54,482 nucleotides of DNA from Anaerolineae bacterium (GTDB lineage: Bacteria > Chloroflexota > Anaerolineae > Anaerolineales > Villigracilaceae): contig JBGQIO010000001.1 of NCBI GenBank assembly GCA_041498515.1, positions 1 through 54,482 of the forward strand. The letters run 5' to 3'. Under the pieces are notes generated by a model that saw nothing but the letters and a program-made list of their open reading frames with translations, was not told where the DNA came from and ran no database searches. The translations under genes were made by a program, and so were the position numbers. This document shows positions 38,358 to 49,321 of the stretch, piece after piece; position 1 is the first letter of the stretch, and every line of letters starts with the position of its first letter.

Positions 38358-39644
38358 TTATTGTACCCCCTCCATACCCCCACCCGGCTTTTGGTCAACC
38401 TCTGCCAAACTCTTCTCAGAGGTTATCGCGGAGGTCAAAGCGAGAGGAGTTCGTAACCGCCGGTTTATGAATGCCAAAGTTAGTGGGATCGCGAGGCACA
38501 AAATGACCAGCACTGAAATCCCGAAGAATACAAATACTTCTCCAATTGGATCCGGGAGACCAACATTGGATGACATTCGTAAGCCTCCAAACAAGATCAT
38601 CATGACTGCTGCGTTCCATAAACTATGTAAAAACATCGCCAGCGCATACGACCCGATCACCCGGCGAGTGCTTTTATTGGTTCTGAAGGAGGCAATGCCC
38701 CAGCCGGTGAGGCTGGCCGTCAACATATGCATCATGGTGCTGCCACCGCGGATCATCAAGGTAGCTGCCCAACTAGAATCGGGAGTTGTGGAGGCCAGCA
38801 AACTTTCCACCAGGCCAAAGCCTGCGCCGCTCAACGTACCGATCACAAACCCTTGTGCAGGCGACTCCAGATGATCGAAGACTGTCCATGGTGCGATCGA
38901 TTTGGCTGTCTCCTCGATGACCGGTATAAACCCGGAGAAAAAGAACAGGGCAAGCACGATGATGAGAGGATTGTTGAGCAGGGGCTCAACAATATGCAAT
39001 GCGGACTCGATTCTCGAAGCATTTGTAAATTGATCGGTAATGTGCTTAAAGACAGATAACTGCTCCGGGTGGAGAAAAAGATATACAGCCCCGCCTGCCA
39101 ATCCAATAATCACAAGCGTTGCTTCGGCGATAATGGATAAGGTCATACCCAGGGCTATGCTGGCAACCGGGATGCCCCAGAAGCGCTGACGCGAACCGGC
39201 GTTCAAACCGCCCGCAGCTAATCTGATCAGGAAATAGACCGGCGTGCCGATAGCCAACAAATATAAAGGTGGTGTGAACCATTTAAAAATATCATTATCT
39301 TCCAGTAGCTGCGCCAGTACGGCTGCACCGGCCCACAACAATACGAGCAAGGTGCCCTGCCAGGGCTTTAGTATTTTTGGCGCTGCTTCAGGAATATCTA
39401 CCCCTCGCAAACGTTGAAAACTGTAATAAGCAGCAGGTAAAAATATTGCACCCGTAAGCATGATTCCGCTGGCAACAATGATGGCCTGTAAAGTGGTTGG
39501 TCCATTTTGGTTTAGGTCGGTGTGAACTGGTAAAAACACTGCATAAAGGATCATCAACACCGCAACGGCGAAACCGGACAAGGCGCCAGCGAGGCTTGCA
39601 ACGCCGAGAAGGATCGAACGCCAATCATGTCCGCGGTCTGCCAT
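38358..39644 (-). CDS. PrsW family intramembrane protease
   Basis: Polytopic protein with an EExxK motif (PVIEETAKS) and an HxxxN motif (FLHSLWNAA). Confidence 0.6.
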   Translation of the reverse strand: MADRGHDWRSILLGVASLAGALSGFAVAVLMILYAVFLPVHTDLNQNGPTTLQAIIVASGIMLTGAIFLPAAYYSFQRLRGVDIPEAAPKILKPWQGTLLVLLWAGAAVLAQLLEDNDIFKWFTPPLYLLAIGTPVYFLIRLAAGGLNAGSRQRFWGIPVASIALGMTLSIIAEATLVIIGLAGGAVYLFLHPEQLSVFKHITDQFTNASRIESALHIVEPLLNNPLIIVLALFFFSGFIPVIEETAKSIAPWTVFDHLESPAQGFVIGTLSGAGFGLVESLLASTTPDSSWAATLMIRGGSTMMHMLTASLTGWGIASFRTNKSTRRVIGSYALAMFLHSLWNAAVMMILFGGLRMSSNVGLPDPIGEVFVFFGISVLVILCLAIPLTLAFINRRLRTPLALTSAITSEKSLAEVDQKPGGGMEGVQ

Positions 39645-40918
39645 TATTTTTCCTCTATGGTCACGCTGATGATTTTATCCCCGGGGGGTAAGTTAGAGGC
39701 TGTTGAAGGATCGCGCGGCGTCAAGCTTTCGACCACGTCCATGCCCTGGAGTACCTGACCGAAAATAGTGTAGGCTCCATCCAGGGTTGGCGCGGGCGCG
39801 TAGGTAATAAAGAATTGGCTGCCATTCGTATCCGTGCCCGAATTCGCCATTCCGACCACACCTGGTTTGTTATATTTCAGATCGGCGCTGATCTCGTTCT
39901 TAAAAAAATAACCCGGTCCGCCCTGCCCTGTCCCGCTGGGATCGCCCGCCTGGGCTACAAAGCCGGGGATCACGCGGTGAAAGGTCACAGCGTTGAACCA
40001 TCCATTTTTCGCTAGGAACACAAATGAGTTAACCGCCAACGGCGCTTTATCCGCGTATAACTGGATCACGATATCACCCTTCTCTAGATGGATGGTCGCG
40101 GTATATTGCCTGGATGGGTCAATACTAAAAGGTGGACAGGATTTAAATTCACGGGCGCCGAGGGCAATCAAGCTAATGGTTGATTCGAGACCATCATAAC
40201 TAAGCGCAGCTCTCGGCTGCAGGCTCCCATTGATGAAAACTGTTGGTATATTGGTGATTCCAAATCGTGTCGCTGAATCATAAAGGGATAGAGCCTGTGC
40301 ACTTGTTTTTGAGCTTTTCATATCAATTATGAATTTTCCTCGGTCAAGCCCCAAATTGACCGCTTGGTCAGCTGCCCACTTTTCGAATTGGTTGCCAGAT
40401 AGCTTTACCCAATCACTGTACTTTGTATGTAAGACATTCCTCATTTCCCAGAACTTACCTTGATCTCCGGCAGCCAGCATGGCTTGAGTTGAGATTTGTG
40501 ACTTGTCAAGCGAGGCAACCAAGCTGACCGGTAGTGTGGCGACTACGCTGATCGGAACAGGAAAAGGCCGAAGGACAACTTTTAAATCGTTTGGGTGGTT
40601 CTTTTGAAGTTCATCGAGAACCCTGTTAAAAATCTCACATTGAGGTGACTGAAAATCGCAATACCATAACATAGTAACTGAGGCATTATCCTGCCCGCTG
40701 ACGTAATCAGCGGATGTGATAGGGGGTAATGCCGATGACACGTTCGGAGTGGGTTCCGCCGTAATCGCGGTACATCCCATAACCGAAGTCGGGCTGGGTG
40801 GAATTAGAGTCGGGGTTTGAGAAGGGGCAGGGGTTGATGCTGGCCCCGATGAGCAGGAGCCGAGTATCAGTAGAATGAAAGATGAGAAGATAAAAAATAA
40901 TAATGGTTTCCCGCGCAT
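39644..40918 (-). CDS. Lipoprotein fusing a DsbA-like thioredoxin-fold domain to a cyclophilin-type peptidyl-prolyl isomerase
   Basis: Lipobox LILGSCS. DsbA-like block WYCDFQSPQCEIF. C-terminal cyclophilin FHRVIPGFVAQAGDP...GVVGMANSG..TNGSQFFIT. Its stop overlaps the prsW-like start by 1 nt (TAATG). Confidence 0.8.
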   Translation of the reverse strand: MRGKPLLFFIFSSFILLILGSCSSGPASTPAPSQTPTLIPPSPTSVMGCTAITAEPTPNVSSALPPITSADYVSGQDNASVTMLWYCDFQSPQCEIFNRVLDELQKNHPNDLKVVLRPFPVPISVVATLPVSLVASLDKSQISTQAMLAAGDQGKFWEMRNVLHTKYSDWVKLSGNQFEKWAADQAVNLGLDRGKFIIDMKSSKTSAQALSLYDSATRFGITNIPTVFINGSLQPRAALSYDGLESTISLIALGAREFKSCPPFSIDPSRQYTATIHLEKGDIVIQLYADKAPLAVNSFVFLAKNGWFNAVTFHRVIPGFVAQAGDPSGTGQGGPGYFFKNEISADLKYNKPGVVGMANSGTDTNGSQFFITYAPAPTLDGAYTIFGQVLQGMDVVESLTPRDPSTASNLPPGDKIISVTIEEK

Positions 40919-40945
40919 ATGTTCCTTTATTTCAACGATTTATTT

Positions 40946-42238
40946 CTATTTTCCCACTGATTTCTTAAGTTGATCGAACGAAGTCATCCAGGCGATGCGG
41001 TTGATGAAATCAGCCAGCGATTTGCTTCGGGCGCGCAAGGCGCGGACGGCAGGTCCTACCGGATCTTCTCCGGCTGCGCCGCCCGGGACATCCGCATATG
41101 CTCCATAGAATGCGAAATAAGCCTGATTAAGTTTGCGAATGTAGTAACCGTTCTTTACAAATATTTGCCGGCGTTGTTCCATGTAAGCTTCGGCTTCACT
41201 GATTTTACCTTCGGCGAGCAGCGCATCGGCATTTACGCGTGTGGTATGCATTTCCGCGCGGAAGTCAAAAGGCGGGCGCTGTAAATCTCCGGGGTTGGGA
41301 TGGACCTGGGGAAACAAGAGCAGGTTCGAGTCGGGGAGAGTTGCACCGAGTAATTCTGGATAATAACGCTTAATAACTTCAGCGCCAATCTCGTTTCCAG
41401 AAATGTCAGCAGTCGTTTCGTTCATTGTCCGCAGCTCGGGTGTATGGTCGTAGAGTAGCCCCAGCGGACGGAACTCAAGATAATTGTGGGTCCATTCATG
41501 GGCGATGGTGCTGGTGAGCCAGACGAGGTCGGTAGTGCGCATGATCATGGTGGGATATACACCCACCCCGCCGATCGGGACGACCAGGGAGGAAACATCC
41601 AAGCCTTTGTCAACGCGATCTTCAAGAGCAGCCTGCTCATCGACGGTGAGATCAGGCGACACCGAGATGTTCGCTGTCTGTTCGATATGGTTGCGCGGTG
41701 AAACGATCAAGGCGTTGGGCACCGGTGTCGAGTGATAGAGAACGGTCGGAAGAGGTTGGCCTAATGTCGTCAGACCAAAATCTGCCGCCACCAGGCTGAT
41801 CTGCGCTTGTAAGACGGCTTCGGCGATGGGCGCGAGTGCTTCCTGCTGTTGGTAAAGTTTATTTAATTGTCCGCGGATATGCTCAGAAGCCGTTTGTTTA
41901 TCAGTAATGTTTGCATCGGCGTAAATTCGGTTCAGCGCATCTTCTGATTGAATGATCTGTTGGGTGATATGCAGGTAATCCGTCACCGCAACCTTACTTG
42001 ATTCTCTATCGAGGTAACCCGGCATCCCCACTGCTCCCTGTTGGATTTTTAACCGGGCAGCGTTGAGCATCCAGGAGGCATAATCGAATTCGATGTCACG
42101 TGTGTATGCGCGCACCCGGTCGACTTCATCTAAAGCCCGCGGCGAGCTGTAGGTCAAAAGGATCAAACAAACTATGGAAAGTATCAACCATTCAAACACC
42201 AGGTTCAGGCGATAAAACATGGCGCGAATTATAACCAT
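40946..42238 (-). CDS. Membrane-anchored putative zinc metallopeptidase (HExxH)
   Basis: 430 aa with an N-terminal TM segment and a single HEWTH motif (TIAHEWTHNYLE). I did not recognise a family. Confidence 0.55.
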   Translation of the reverse strand: MVIIRAMFYRLNLVFEWLILSIVCLILLTYSSPRALDEVDRVRAYTRDIEFDYASWMLNAARLKIQQGAVGMPGYLDRESSKVAVTDYLHITQQIIQSEDALNRIYADANITDKQTASEHIRGQLNKLYQQQEALAPIAEAVLQAQISLVAADFGLTTLGQPLPTVLYHSTPVPNALIVSPRNHIEQTANISVSPDLTVDEQAALEDRVDKGLDVSSLVVPIGGVGVYPTMIMRTTDLVWLTSTIAHEWTHNYLEFRPLGLLYDHTPELRTMNETTADISGNEIGAEVIKRYYPELLGATLPDSNLLLFPQVHPNPGDLQRPPFDFRAEMHTTRVNADALLAEGKISEAEAYMEQRRQIFVKNGYYIRKLNQAYFAFYGAYADVPGGAAGEDPVGPAVRALRARSKSLADFINRIAWMTSFDQLKKSVGK

Positions 42239-42323
42239 GATTGTTTAGCCCCTGATAAGCGTAGAGACGGCTCACTCAGCCGTCTCTACATTATTTATAT
42301 TGGTTATATCGCGAAACGCGATT

Positions 42324-43781
42324 TTAGGTGCCGGCTGGTACCATCTTGTTATTCAGATATTCATCTATTGCCAGTGCGGCTTTGCGTCCAGCGACCATGG
42401 CTGTCACAACAATGTCAGGTCCGGTTACGCAATCACCGCCGGAGAATACGCCTTCGCGTGAAGTTGCACCGGTAGCTTTATCGGTGACGCTGATCAGGCC
42501 CCAATCATGTGTTTCAAGATCGGTCGTGGTTTTACCGATGATGGGATCAGGCCAGTAACCCAGAGCGAGGATCGCCGTATCGCAAGCGACACTGAAGTTG
42601 GAATCCGGCACCGGCACCGGTCTGCGCCGGCCTTTGGTATCCGGATCGCCGAGCACCATTTCAATACATTCGACCGCAGCCAGGTGTCCGTCTTCACCCG
42701 GGATGAATTTTACAGGCTGAGTGAGGAAGCGGTATTTTGCGCCTTCATCACGGGCCATTTGGCGATCCTTTTTACCGCCAGGCATTTCCTTCTCAGTACG
42801 ACGATATAGGCAGGTCACCTCGGCAGCGCCCATGCGCAATGCTGTTCTCAAACAATCGGAAGCCGTATCGCCGCCGCCAACGACAACGACCCGCCGACCG
42901 ATCATAAGAGGCGTCTGCATTTCACTGGGGAGAAGGTTCTTGGCTACGTTACCGCGGATCAAGAAATCGGTGGCCTGGTAAACGCCGGGAAGATCTGTGC
43001 CCGGTGTATCATCCATTTTGGCATCCACCTCGGAACCGACACCGATAAAGACCGCCTCGAAACCTTCTTTGAAGAGCTCATCGATCGTTTTGTCTTTACC
43101 GATATAAGCGTTTGGGACAAATTTGACGTCGGCGCGTTCGAACTCTTCCCATTTTTCAAACCAGACCTTTTTAGATAACTTGAAATTTGGGATGCCGTAC
43201 ACCAGCAGACCACCAGGAACAGGCTTCGATTCGAAGATCGTGACGTCGTGTCCTTTTTGGACGAGGATATCGGTGCATGACACACCTGCCGGACCTGAAC
43301 CGATAATTGCAACTTTTTTCCCGCTTGGCTCACCACGTGGGATTGAATAACCGGTGTTTCGGCGTTCATAATCCTCGGCGAAAGCTTCGAGTTCGCCGGT
43401 CAACACCGGCTCATGAGTTTTGTTGAGAACACAGGATCCCTGGCACAACTGCTCATGCGGGCAAACGCGCCCACAGATCTCGGGCAGGGAGCTGGTCAGA
43501 TGATAAATTTGTGCGGCTTCTAGGAATTTGCCTTGTTCGATCAGCCACATGGCGGATGGGATGTCATTGTGCGCTGGACAGGCAAGCATGCATGGAGCCG
43601 GGTCCGGGCAGTGGACACAACGTGAGGCCTGAACCATTGCTCGTTCCGGATTAAATTCAATTACAACATCTTCAAAATCGCCTGTGCGAAGCCTGGATGG
43701 ACGCAAATCCAGATCGTAAAACGGTTTATTTGCGCGTTCTTTCCGGTCGATGGCAAGGAATTCACTAGGAACAGCTTGCAT
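42324..43781 (-). CDS. Glutamate synthase small-subunit-like NAD(P)H-dependent oxidoreductase (GltD/SudA family)
   Basis: N-terminal Fe-S Cys clusters (CVHCPDPAPCMLACP..., CGRVCP...CQGSC) and two Rossmann GxGxxG motifs (IIGSGPAG, VVGGGDTA). I chose the MQAVPSE start at 43781. Confidence 0.85.
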   Translation of the reverse strand: MQAVPSEFLAIDRKERANKPFYDLDLRPSRLRTGDFEDVVIEFNPERAMVQASRCVHCPDPAPCMLACPAHNDIPSAMWLIEQGKFLEAAQIYHLTSSLPEICGRVCPHEQLCQGSCVLNKTHEPVLTGELEAFAEDYERRNTGYSIPRGEPSGKKVAIIGSGPAGVSCTDILVQKGHDVTIFESKPVPGGLLVYGIPNFKLSKKVWFEKWEEFERADVKFVPNAYIGKDKTIDELFKEGFEAVFIGVGSEVDAKMDDTPGTDLPGVYQATDFLIRGNVAKNLLPSEMQTPLMIGRRVVVVGGGDTASDCLRTALRMGAAEVTCLYRRTEKEMPGGKKDRQMARDEGAKYRFLTQPVKFIPGEDGHLAAVECIEMVLGDPDTKGRRRPVPVPDSNFSVACDTAILALGYWPDPIIGKTTTDLETHDWGLISVTDKATGATSREGVFSGGDCVTGPDIVVTAMVAGRKAALAIDEYLNNKMVPAGT

Positions 43782-44593
43782 AAGTGCTCCAGACTTGGCG
43801 TGAAAAGCGCCTAGAATCATCATACTCAAAGCCACTCGGTGAATACAGGCTCTTATGTCACATGTACATACGACAATCATCCCGGTTTTTGTATGAGGAA
43901 AAAATATGTTTGCATGCTATTGTACATTTCTTCACTAGGTTATTTTTCTTATTTAACCATCACAGCTTCCGGACGAAATATCCATTAAACGTTCCAATTC
44001 CGCGGATTTTTTTGTTTCAGTTTTTTTGTTTATTTTGCGCAAGCAGGTCGAGGAGGCCTATTACGGATAAGATGGACCGGATGCTATATTCACTTCCCAG
44101 GCATGCTCCTTCACCCGAGCTGGCTAATTCCATTCGAACATCTCATCACCGTCGCCATCGCAACAGACAGGTTTTACGGTGGGTGTCAGCGTATGTTTTG
44201 ACACTGAGGGGCATGTCACACATATCCCAAGCTGCCGCCTGGCTTTCAACCAATGAGTTGTATTCAGCGTGAACATTCTGGTTAATTGATAGTGTAGATT
44301 ATCTGAGCCTCGGGTCAATTCAATTCAATTGCTGTATCATTTATGGAAAGAGATGTTCTCGCTTCAAATCCTGGCAGGCTCATCCTTGGGTGTATCCATT
44401 TGGATCGGCGCTTTATTGCTGTGCCTTGCGATGTACTTCGTACTAGACGGCAGGCGGTTCAAAACTCACCGCAACCATATCCGAATTATCAGAAATGAAA
44501 TTTTGTGCCCCTTCATTTCTGAGTTAACATAATATTTATATACTCGTCGTACACTTTCTGGAATATTATAGAAGCCATGCAAAAGGAATTAAA

Positions 44594-45265
44594 ATGATAT
44601 GCTTGCGTTTGACCATTATTGGGCTTGTGGTGATTGCCTTGGCCCTATGGGTTGTATTATTCGTATTGAATTTGCGTCCGGGATATGGGCAGGGAACAGT
44701 ACGTTTTGATTTTCAGCCCCCGAACCCAATCAGTTTGGAAGGGCCGTTACCTCGTCTGCCTGCCTGGGTTTCATCCCTTGGACTCTTGATCACTTTATTT
44801 TTAGCAGGCCTTGCGAATTTTTATCTTTTTCAGGTCCGGGTAAGAAATATGCGCCAGGCATTGACATTAGGTTGGGCGCGGCTTGTCCAGTTGGCTCTCA
44901 TAGGTATAGGTTTTGTTTTGCTGATCCTGGTCTTCGGCATTGGAGCGGTCCTGGCGCGCGCAACATTTCCTTTCAGCATTATCTCGGCCGTCGTCACCTT
45001 TTTTCTATCCTTCTGGTGGTTCCTTTCCCTGTCCTATGTTCGTGGACGCAGCTTATTGATTAGGACCGGATGGCAAGGACCTTCGCCAGCTTTATCCCTG
45101 GCTCTCGGGCTGCTACTTCTAATGCCCTTGGTTCGTATTCCTTATATAGGCGGTTTTTTTGTGATTCTCTACCTTAGTCTCGGATTAGGATTAGTGATTA
45201 CCACTCATTTTGGTTCCAATGAACCATGGACTCTCACCCCATCGCTGGAGGAAGCCTGGAAATGA
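44594..45265 (+). CDS. Polytopic membrane protein of unknown function, first gene of the MacAB-like operon
   Basis: 223 aa, about 6 TM segments, AAAGGA RBS, and a stop that overlaps the next start (ATGA). Confidence 0.6.
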   Translation: MICLRLTIIGLVVIALALWVVLFVLNLRPGYGQGTVRFDFQPPNPISLEGPLPRLPAWVSSLGLLITLFLAGLANFYLFQVRVRNMRQALTLGWARLVQLALIGIGFVLLILVFGIGAVLARATFPFSIISAVVTFFLSFWWFLSLSYVRGRSLLIRTGWQGPSPALSLALGLLLLMPLVRIPYIGGFFVILYLSLGLGLVITTHFGSNEPWTLTPSLEEAWK

Positions 45266-46551
45266 AAGCTTTTTTTTCAAGAATTAGCAAGAGGAATAGG
45301 ATCATCATCGGTGTAGGTGTCGTGGTTTTGGTAATTGTTTTTTTGGTCGTCCGCGGACGAGGTAAATCAAACTCTACTAGCTTGTATCAGACAACACCCG
45401 CGCAGCGCGGCGAGCTAACAGCAATGGTTGGAGCGACGGGCAGCGTGCGTGCAGTGCAAAGCGCGGCGCTGAATTGGCAGACAACCGGAACGGTGGAAGT
45501 GGTGAATGCGAAAGTTGGGGATAAAGTTCATAAAGGCGACGTACTCGCCAAACTGGGTCAGGCATCCCTCCCTCAAAGTGTATTATCAGCGGAAGTCGAT
45601 TTCGCAAGCGCACAGCAGGCTTTAGATGATATGCTGAATTCTGATACAGCACGGGCACAGGCTGCCGTAACCTTACAGTCTGCAAAGGACTCATATAAAA
45701 AAGCTTATGATTATCGGATGAGTCTCAACGGGAAAATTGTTATTGCAAATGTTACATTTGATTATGTCAATGGCCAACAAATCCCCAAAGTTAAATATAC
45801 CAAAGGCTACGCAGATGCCGCAACCATTGCGAAAGCCGATCAAAGTCTGGCTTTGAATAAAGCGCAGCTGGATGATGCCCAGCGGGCATACGATCGCGTA
45901 AAAGATGGCCCCAATCCAACAGATGTTCAAGCGGCAAAAGCCCGCGTTCAAGCGGCGCAGGCGACTTTGAATATGGCCTTTATCATCGCTCCAGTCGACG
46001 GGACAGTGACACAGGCGAGTCCCCTGCCAGGTGATCAAGTCTCAGTCGGGATGCCTGCCTTCCGCATTGATGATCTATCAGGTCTGCTGGTTGATGTGCA
46101 GGTTTCGGAAGTGGATATCAACAATATAGCTGTTGACCAACCGGTCTCACTTACTTTTGATGCTATTTCCGGCAAATCGTATAACGGACAGGTGGTTGAA
46201 GTCTCGCAGGCTGGTGATCCTTCATCTGGCGCGGTCAACTTTACAGTCACAGCCAAGATAACGGATGGAGATTCCCAGGTCAAGCCGGGGATGACCGCCG
46301 CCGTTAATATTATTACTTTTCAAGTTAAAGACCAGCTTCTGGTACCGAATCGTGCAGTTCGATTAGTGGATGGAAACCAGGTTGTTTACATCCTAAAAAA
46401 TGGTCAGCCCCAGCAGGTACAGATTAAACTTGGCGCTTCCTCCGATACGATGAGCGTGGTTGGCAGTGGTGATTTGAAGGAAGGTGACCTGGTCATCTTA
46501 AATCCTCCATCACAGGGCGGCGGTCCCTTCCGCGGTGGCGGAGGCGGATAA
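45262..46551 (+). CDS. HlyD/MacA-type periplasmic adaptor (membrane fusion protein)
   Basis: N-terminal TM segment, a coiled-coil hairpin ([17 protein letters not shown]...[12 protein letters not shown]), a beta-barrel region and a Gly-rich tail. Confidence 0.85.
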   Translation: MKAFFSRISKRNRIIIGVGVVVLVIVFLVVRGRGKSNSTSLYQTTPAQRGELTAMVGATGSVRAVQSAALNWQTTGTVEVVNAKVGDKVHKGDVLAKLGQASLPQSVLSAEVDFASAQQALDDMLNSDTARAQAAVTLQSAKDSYKKAYDYRMSLNGKIVIANVTFDYVNGQQIPKVKYTKGYADAATIAKADQSLALNKAQLDDAQRAYDRVKDGPNPTDVQAAKARVQAAQATLNMAFIIAPVDGTVTQASPLPGDQVSVGMPAFRIDDLSGLLVDVQVSEVDINNIAVDQPVSLTFDAISGKSYNGQVVEVSQAGDPSSGAVNFTVTAKITDGDSQVKPGMTAAVNIITFQVKDQLLVPNRAVRLVDGNQVVYILKNGQPQQVQIKLGASSDTMSVVGSGDLKEGDLVILNPPSQGGGPFRGGGGG

Positions 46552-47243
46552 TGGACTGGGTAGTTGAAGCGCAAGATGTGGTCAAAGTCTATAAAATGGG
46601 GGAGGTCGAAGTCCAGGCCTTACGGGGTGCTTCCTTGAAGGTCAAGCGAGGCGAAGTCGTCGCCATTATGGGGCCTTCGGGTTCGGGAAAAACCACGATG
46701 ATGAACATCCTGGGTTGTCTCGATCGCCCGACCTCCGGTGAATACATTTTGGATGGACAGGCTGTTGCCAAGCTCAATGATGACCAACTTGCCAATATTC
46801 GCAATCACAAAGTGGGATTCGTCTTTCAATCGTTCAACCTGCTTTCACGGCAGTCTGCCCTCTCGAATGTTGAATTGCCATTGCGTTATGCGGGTCTGGT
46901 TGACGGCGGACGACGCGCACGGGCCAAAGCTGCCCTTGAAGCGGTCGGATTGGGCGACCGGCTCAATCACCGTCCGATGGAACTCTCCGGCGGACAGCAG
47001 CAACGCGTCGCTATCGCCCGTGCGATTGTCAACGAACCGGCTATTATCATGGCTGACGAACCGACCGGGAATCTGGATTCAAAAGTCGGGAAAGAAATCA
47101 TGACACTGCTTTTAAATCTGAACAAAGAACGTGGCACGACGCTAATTATTATCACTCACGACCCTACGATCGGCGAGCAGGCGCAACGAATAATCCATAT
47201 CCGCGATGGAGTGGTGGAAGATATTTCAAAAGGGAACTTATGA
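46551..47243 (+). CDS. MacB/LolD-type ABC ATP-binding protein
   Basis: [38 protein letters not shown]. Confidence 0.9.
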   Translation: MDWVVEAQDVVKVYKMGEVEVQALRGASLKVKRGEVVAIMGPSGSGKTTMMNILGCLDRPTSGEYILDGQAVAKLNDDQLANIRNHKVGFVFQSFNLLSRQSALSNVELPLRYAGLVDGGRRARAKAALEAVGLGDRLNHRPMELSGGQQQRVAIARAIVNEPAIIMADEPTGNLDSKVGKEIMTLLLNLNKERGTTLIIITHDPTIGEQAQRIIHIRDGVVEDISKGNL

Positions 47244-48478
47244 ACCTATCTCAGGTGATCATTGAGGCACTCGAAAGCCTTAATTCAAACAAGCTACGCT
47301 CCGGTCTTACAGTATTAGGCATCGTGATCGGCGTTGCCGCCGTGATCGCCATGCTGGCTGTTGGTAATGGAGCGCGAGCCTCCATTACAGGTTCCATCAA
47401 TCAGGTTGGAACTAACCTATTGTTCGTCTTCAGCGGCGCAAGGGAAAATCAATCCACCAATGTCCGACCACCGCGCCCGGTGACACTTGGGGATGCAAAT
47501 GCCTTATTGGACCAATACGCGGCTCCACATATCCAAGCCGTTGCTCCTGTTTTACAGGGCAATGGAATTGCAGATTTCGGAGGTCAGTCGAAAAGCACTA
47601 CTATTGTTGGTGTTACACCGTCATACAAACAGGTTCGCAACATCACCCTGCTCGAAGGCGATTTCATTAGCGATGATCAAAACCTCGGACGGGCCTCCGT
47701 TACGGTGATCGGTGTGGATGTAGCCGACAAATTGTTTGGACATCGCGATGGAATCATTGGAGAGACAATACGGATTGTAAACCAGCCATTCAAGGTTATC
47801 GGCGTATTAACTCCTCAAGGCGGAAGCGCGTTCGGTTCGGAAGATAATGAAGTAATCATTCCGCTTGCTACTGCCCAGGCGCGTCTCTTAAATAGGAAAA
47901 ACCCTGATGCGGTTGATGTGATCTATGTCCAGGCAGTTGATTACCAGTCAGTAACCGAAGCATCGGATGAAATCTCTCAGATCTTGCGGACCCGGCACCA
48001 ATCTCCCATTGGGCAGGACGACTTTACCGTCTTCACGCAGGAAAGTATTCTTAGCACCGTTCAAACCGTGACAGGAGTTCTGACCGTTTTCCTGGGCGGT
48101 ATCGCAGCTATATCACTGCTTGTCGGCGGTATCGGTATTATGAACATCATGCTGGTCTCGGTGACTGAACGCACCCGGGAGATCGGGCTGCGGAAAGCCC
48201 TGGGTGCGCGCAAACGCGACATTTTGACCCAGTTCCTGGCTGAGTCATCCCTGCTAAGTTTGATCGGCGGGTTCGTGGGCATCATGTTCGGTTGGCTCAT
48301 TGCCTTCATCGTAGGACGGGTTGCTGTTGCCACAGGTAATAATTTCACACCGATCGTCGGCATGGACGCGATTTTGCTTGCTACCCTGTTCTCGGCCGCA
48401 GTGGGTTTATTCTTTGGTATCTACCCGGCCAATCGCGCCGCAAGCCTCGAACCTGTCGAGGCGCTACGCTACGAATAG
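47240..48478 (+). CDS. MacB-type ABC permease (FtsX domain)
   Basis: N-terminal TM segment, a large periplasmic MacB_PCD-like domain, and a C-terminal FtsX block ([28 protein letters not shown]). ATGA overlap with the upstream gene. Confidence 0.9.
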   Translation: MNLSQVIIEALESLNSNKLRSGLTVLGIVIGVAAVIAMLAVGNGARASITGSINQVGTNLLFVFSGARENQSTNVRPPRPVTLGDANALLDQYAAPHIQAVAPVLQGNGIADFGGQSKSTTIVGVTPSYKQVRNITLLEGDFISDDQNLGRASVTVIGVDVADKLFGHRDGIIGETIRIVNQPFKVIGVLTPQGGSAFGSEDNEVIIPLATAQARLLNRKNPDAVDVIYVQAVDYQSVTEASDEISQILRTRHQSPIGQDDFTVFTQESILSTVQTVTGVLTVFLGGIAAISLLVGGIGIMNIMLVSVTERTREIGLRKALGARKRDILTQFLAESSLLSLIGGFVGIMFGWLIAFIVGRVAVATGNNFTPIVGMDAILLATLFSAAVGLFFGIYPANRAASLEPVEALRYE

Positions 48479-48507
48479 TGTCCAGCAATTGGCATCAGGG
48501 ATGGACG

Positions 48508-49236
48508 ATGTCTTCAAGACCCCGTAATAAATACCTTTGGTTGATCTTTCTGGCCCTGATTATTTCTAACCAGGCCTGTATCGTACCTAAAAGCCCCCCC
48601 GTGGCTGAGACTCAACCATCCATAGCAGCGCAAGCGTCGCCCTCAGAATCTTCAATCCCGCTCGTCTCCACACCTGAAGTCCTGATGAGCCCTGTTCCGT
48701 CGATTACCCCGACGATGGATAGTGTCATTCCTTCTCCGACAATTTCTTCCATAAAAATAACAGCGGTGAAGGGTAATTTATTCATACGACGAGGACCGGA
48801 TTTGGCTTACAATCCAATCGCCGTCCTTCTTGAAGGACAGAGTGCCCCCGTGCTAGCTCACGATGTATTAGGGAATTGGGTTGAGGTTCCCATTTCTACA
48901 CTCCCGGGGAAGACAGGATGGATTTCAATCCAAACCGTTTTCTCCTCAATTTCAGGCAATCTCATGGATATGCCTGAGGTACTCCCAACCGATTGGCCAG
49001 TTGCCTCCTATTTACGGAATTGCACCTATCACCAGATGCTCGTAGAGCCCGGTGATACCACGCTTCCAGCCCTGAATAATTCTCCTGATAACGAAATGTG
49101 GATTTTTCCCGGGATCCATAAAGTCTACGATACGGATGTTGAGGGTCAGCCCGAGGTCTTGTCCGTTGATTTGAGGGAAGGAATGAGAGTGGATATTCGT
49201 GTGGATGGAAACGGTGATCACAGAAAATGCCCATGA
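48508..49236 (+). CDS. Secreted or lipoprotein candidate with an SH3b-like domain
   Basis: MSSRPRNKYLWLIFLALIISNQAC, a Pro/Ser linker, then GNLFIRRGPDLAYNPIAVLLEGQSAPVLAHDVLGNWVEV, which is SH3b-like. Confidence 0.6.
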   Translation: MSSRPRNKYLWLIFLALIISNQACIVPKSPPVAETQPSIAAQASPSESSIPLVSTPEVLMSPVPSITPTMDSVIPSPTISSIKITAVKGNLFIRRGPDLAYNPIAVLLEGQSAPVLAHDVLGNWVEVPISTLPGKTGWISIQTVFSSISGNLMDMPEVLPTDWPVASYLRNCTYHQMLVEPGDTTLPALNNSPDNEMWIFPGIHKVYDTDVEGQPEVLSVDLREGMRVDIRVDGNGDHRKCP

Positions 49237-49321
49237 AAAAGCAATAATCTTTACATCATTAATTTTTTTTGAAACTCCGTAAATTTAGCATGGCTTCAAG
49301 CTAATCGTGTAAAATAAGGAT

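Noticed and set aside
43784-44272. A 162-aa ORF spans the AT-rich gap.
   Set aside because: Its first 96 codons overlap the gltD-like gene start and translate a T-rich spacer (FFTRLFFLFNHH...FLFQFFCLFC). Only the last 66 codons (from the ATG at 44072) are even weakly plausible, and those are mentioned in a finding rather than called as a feature.
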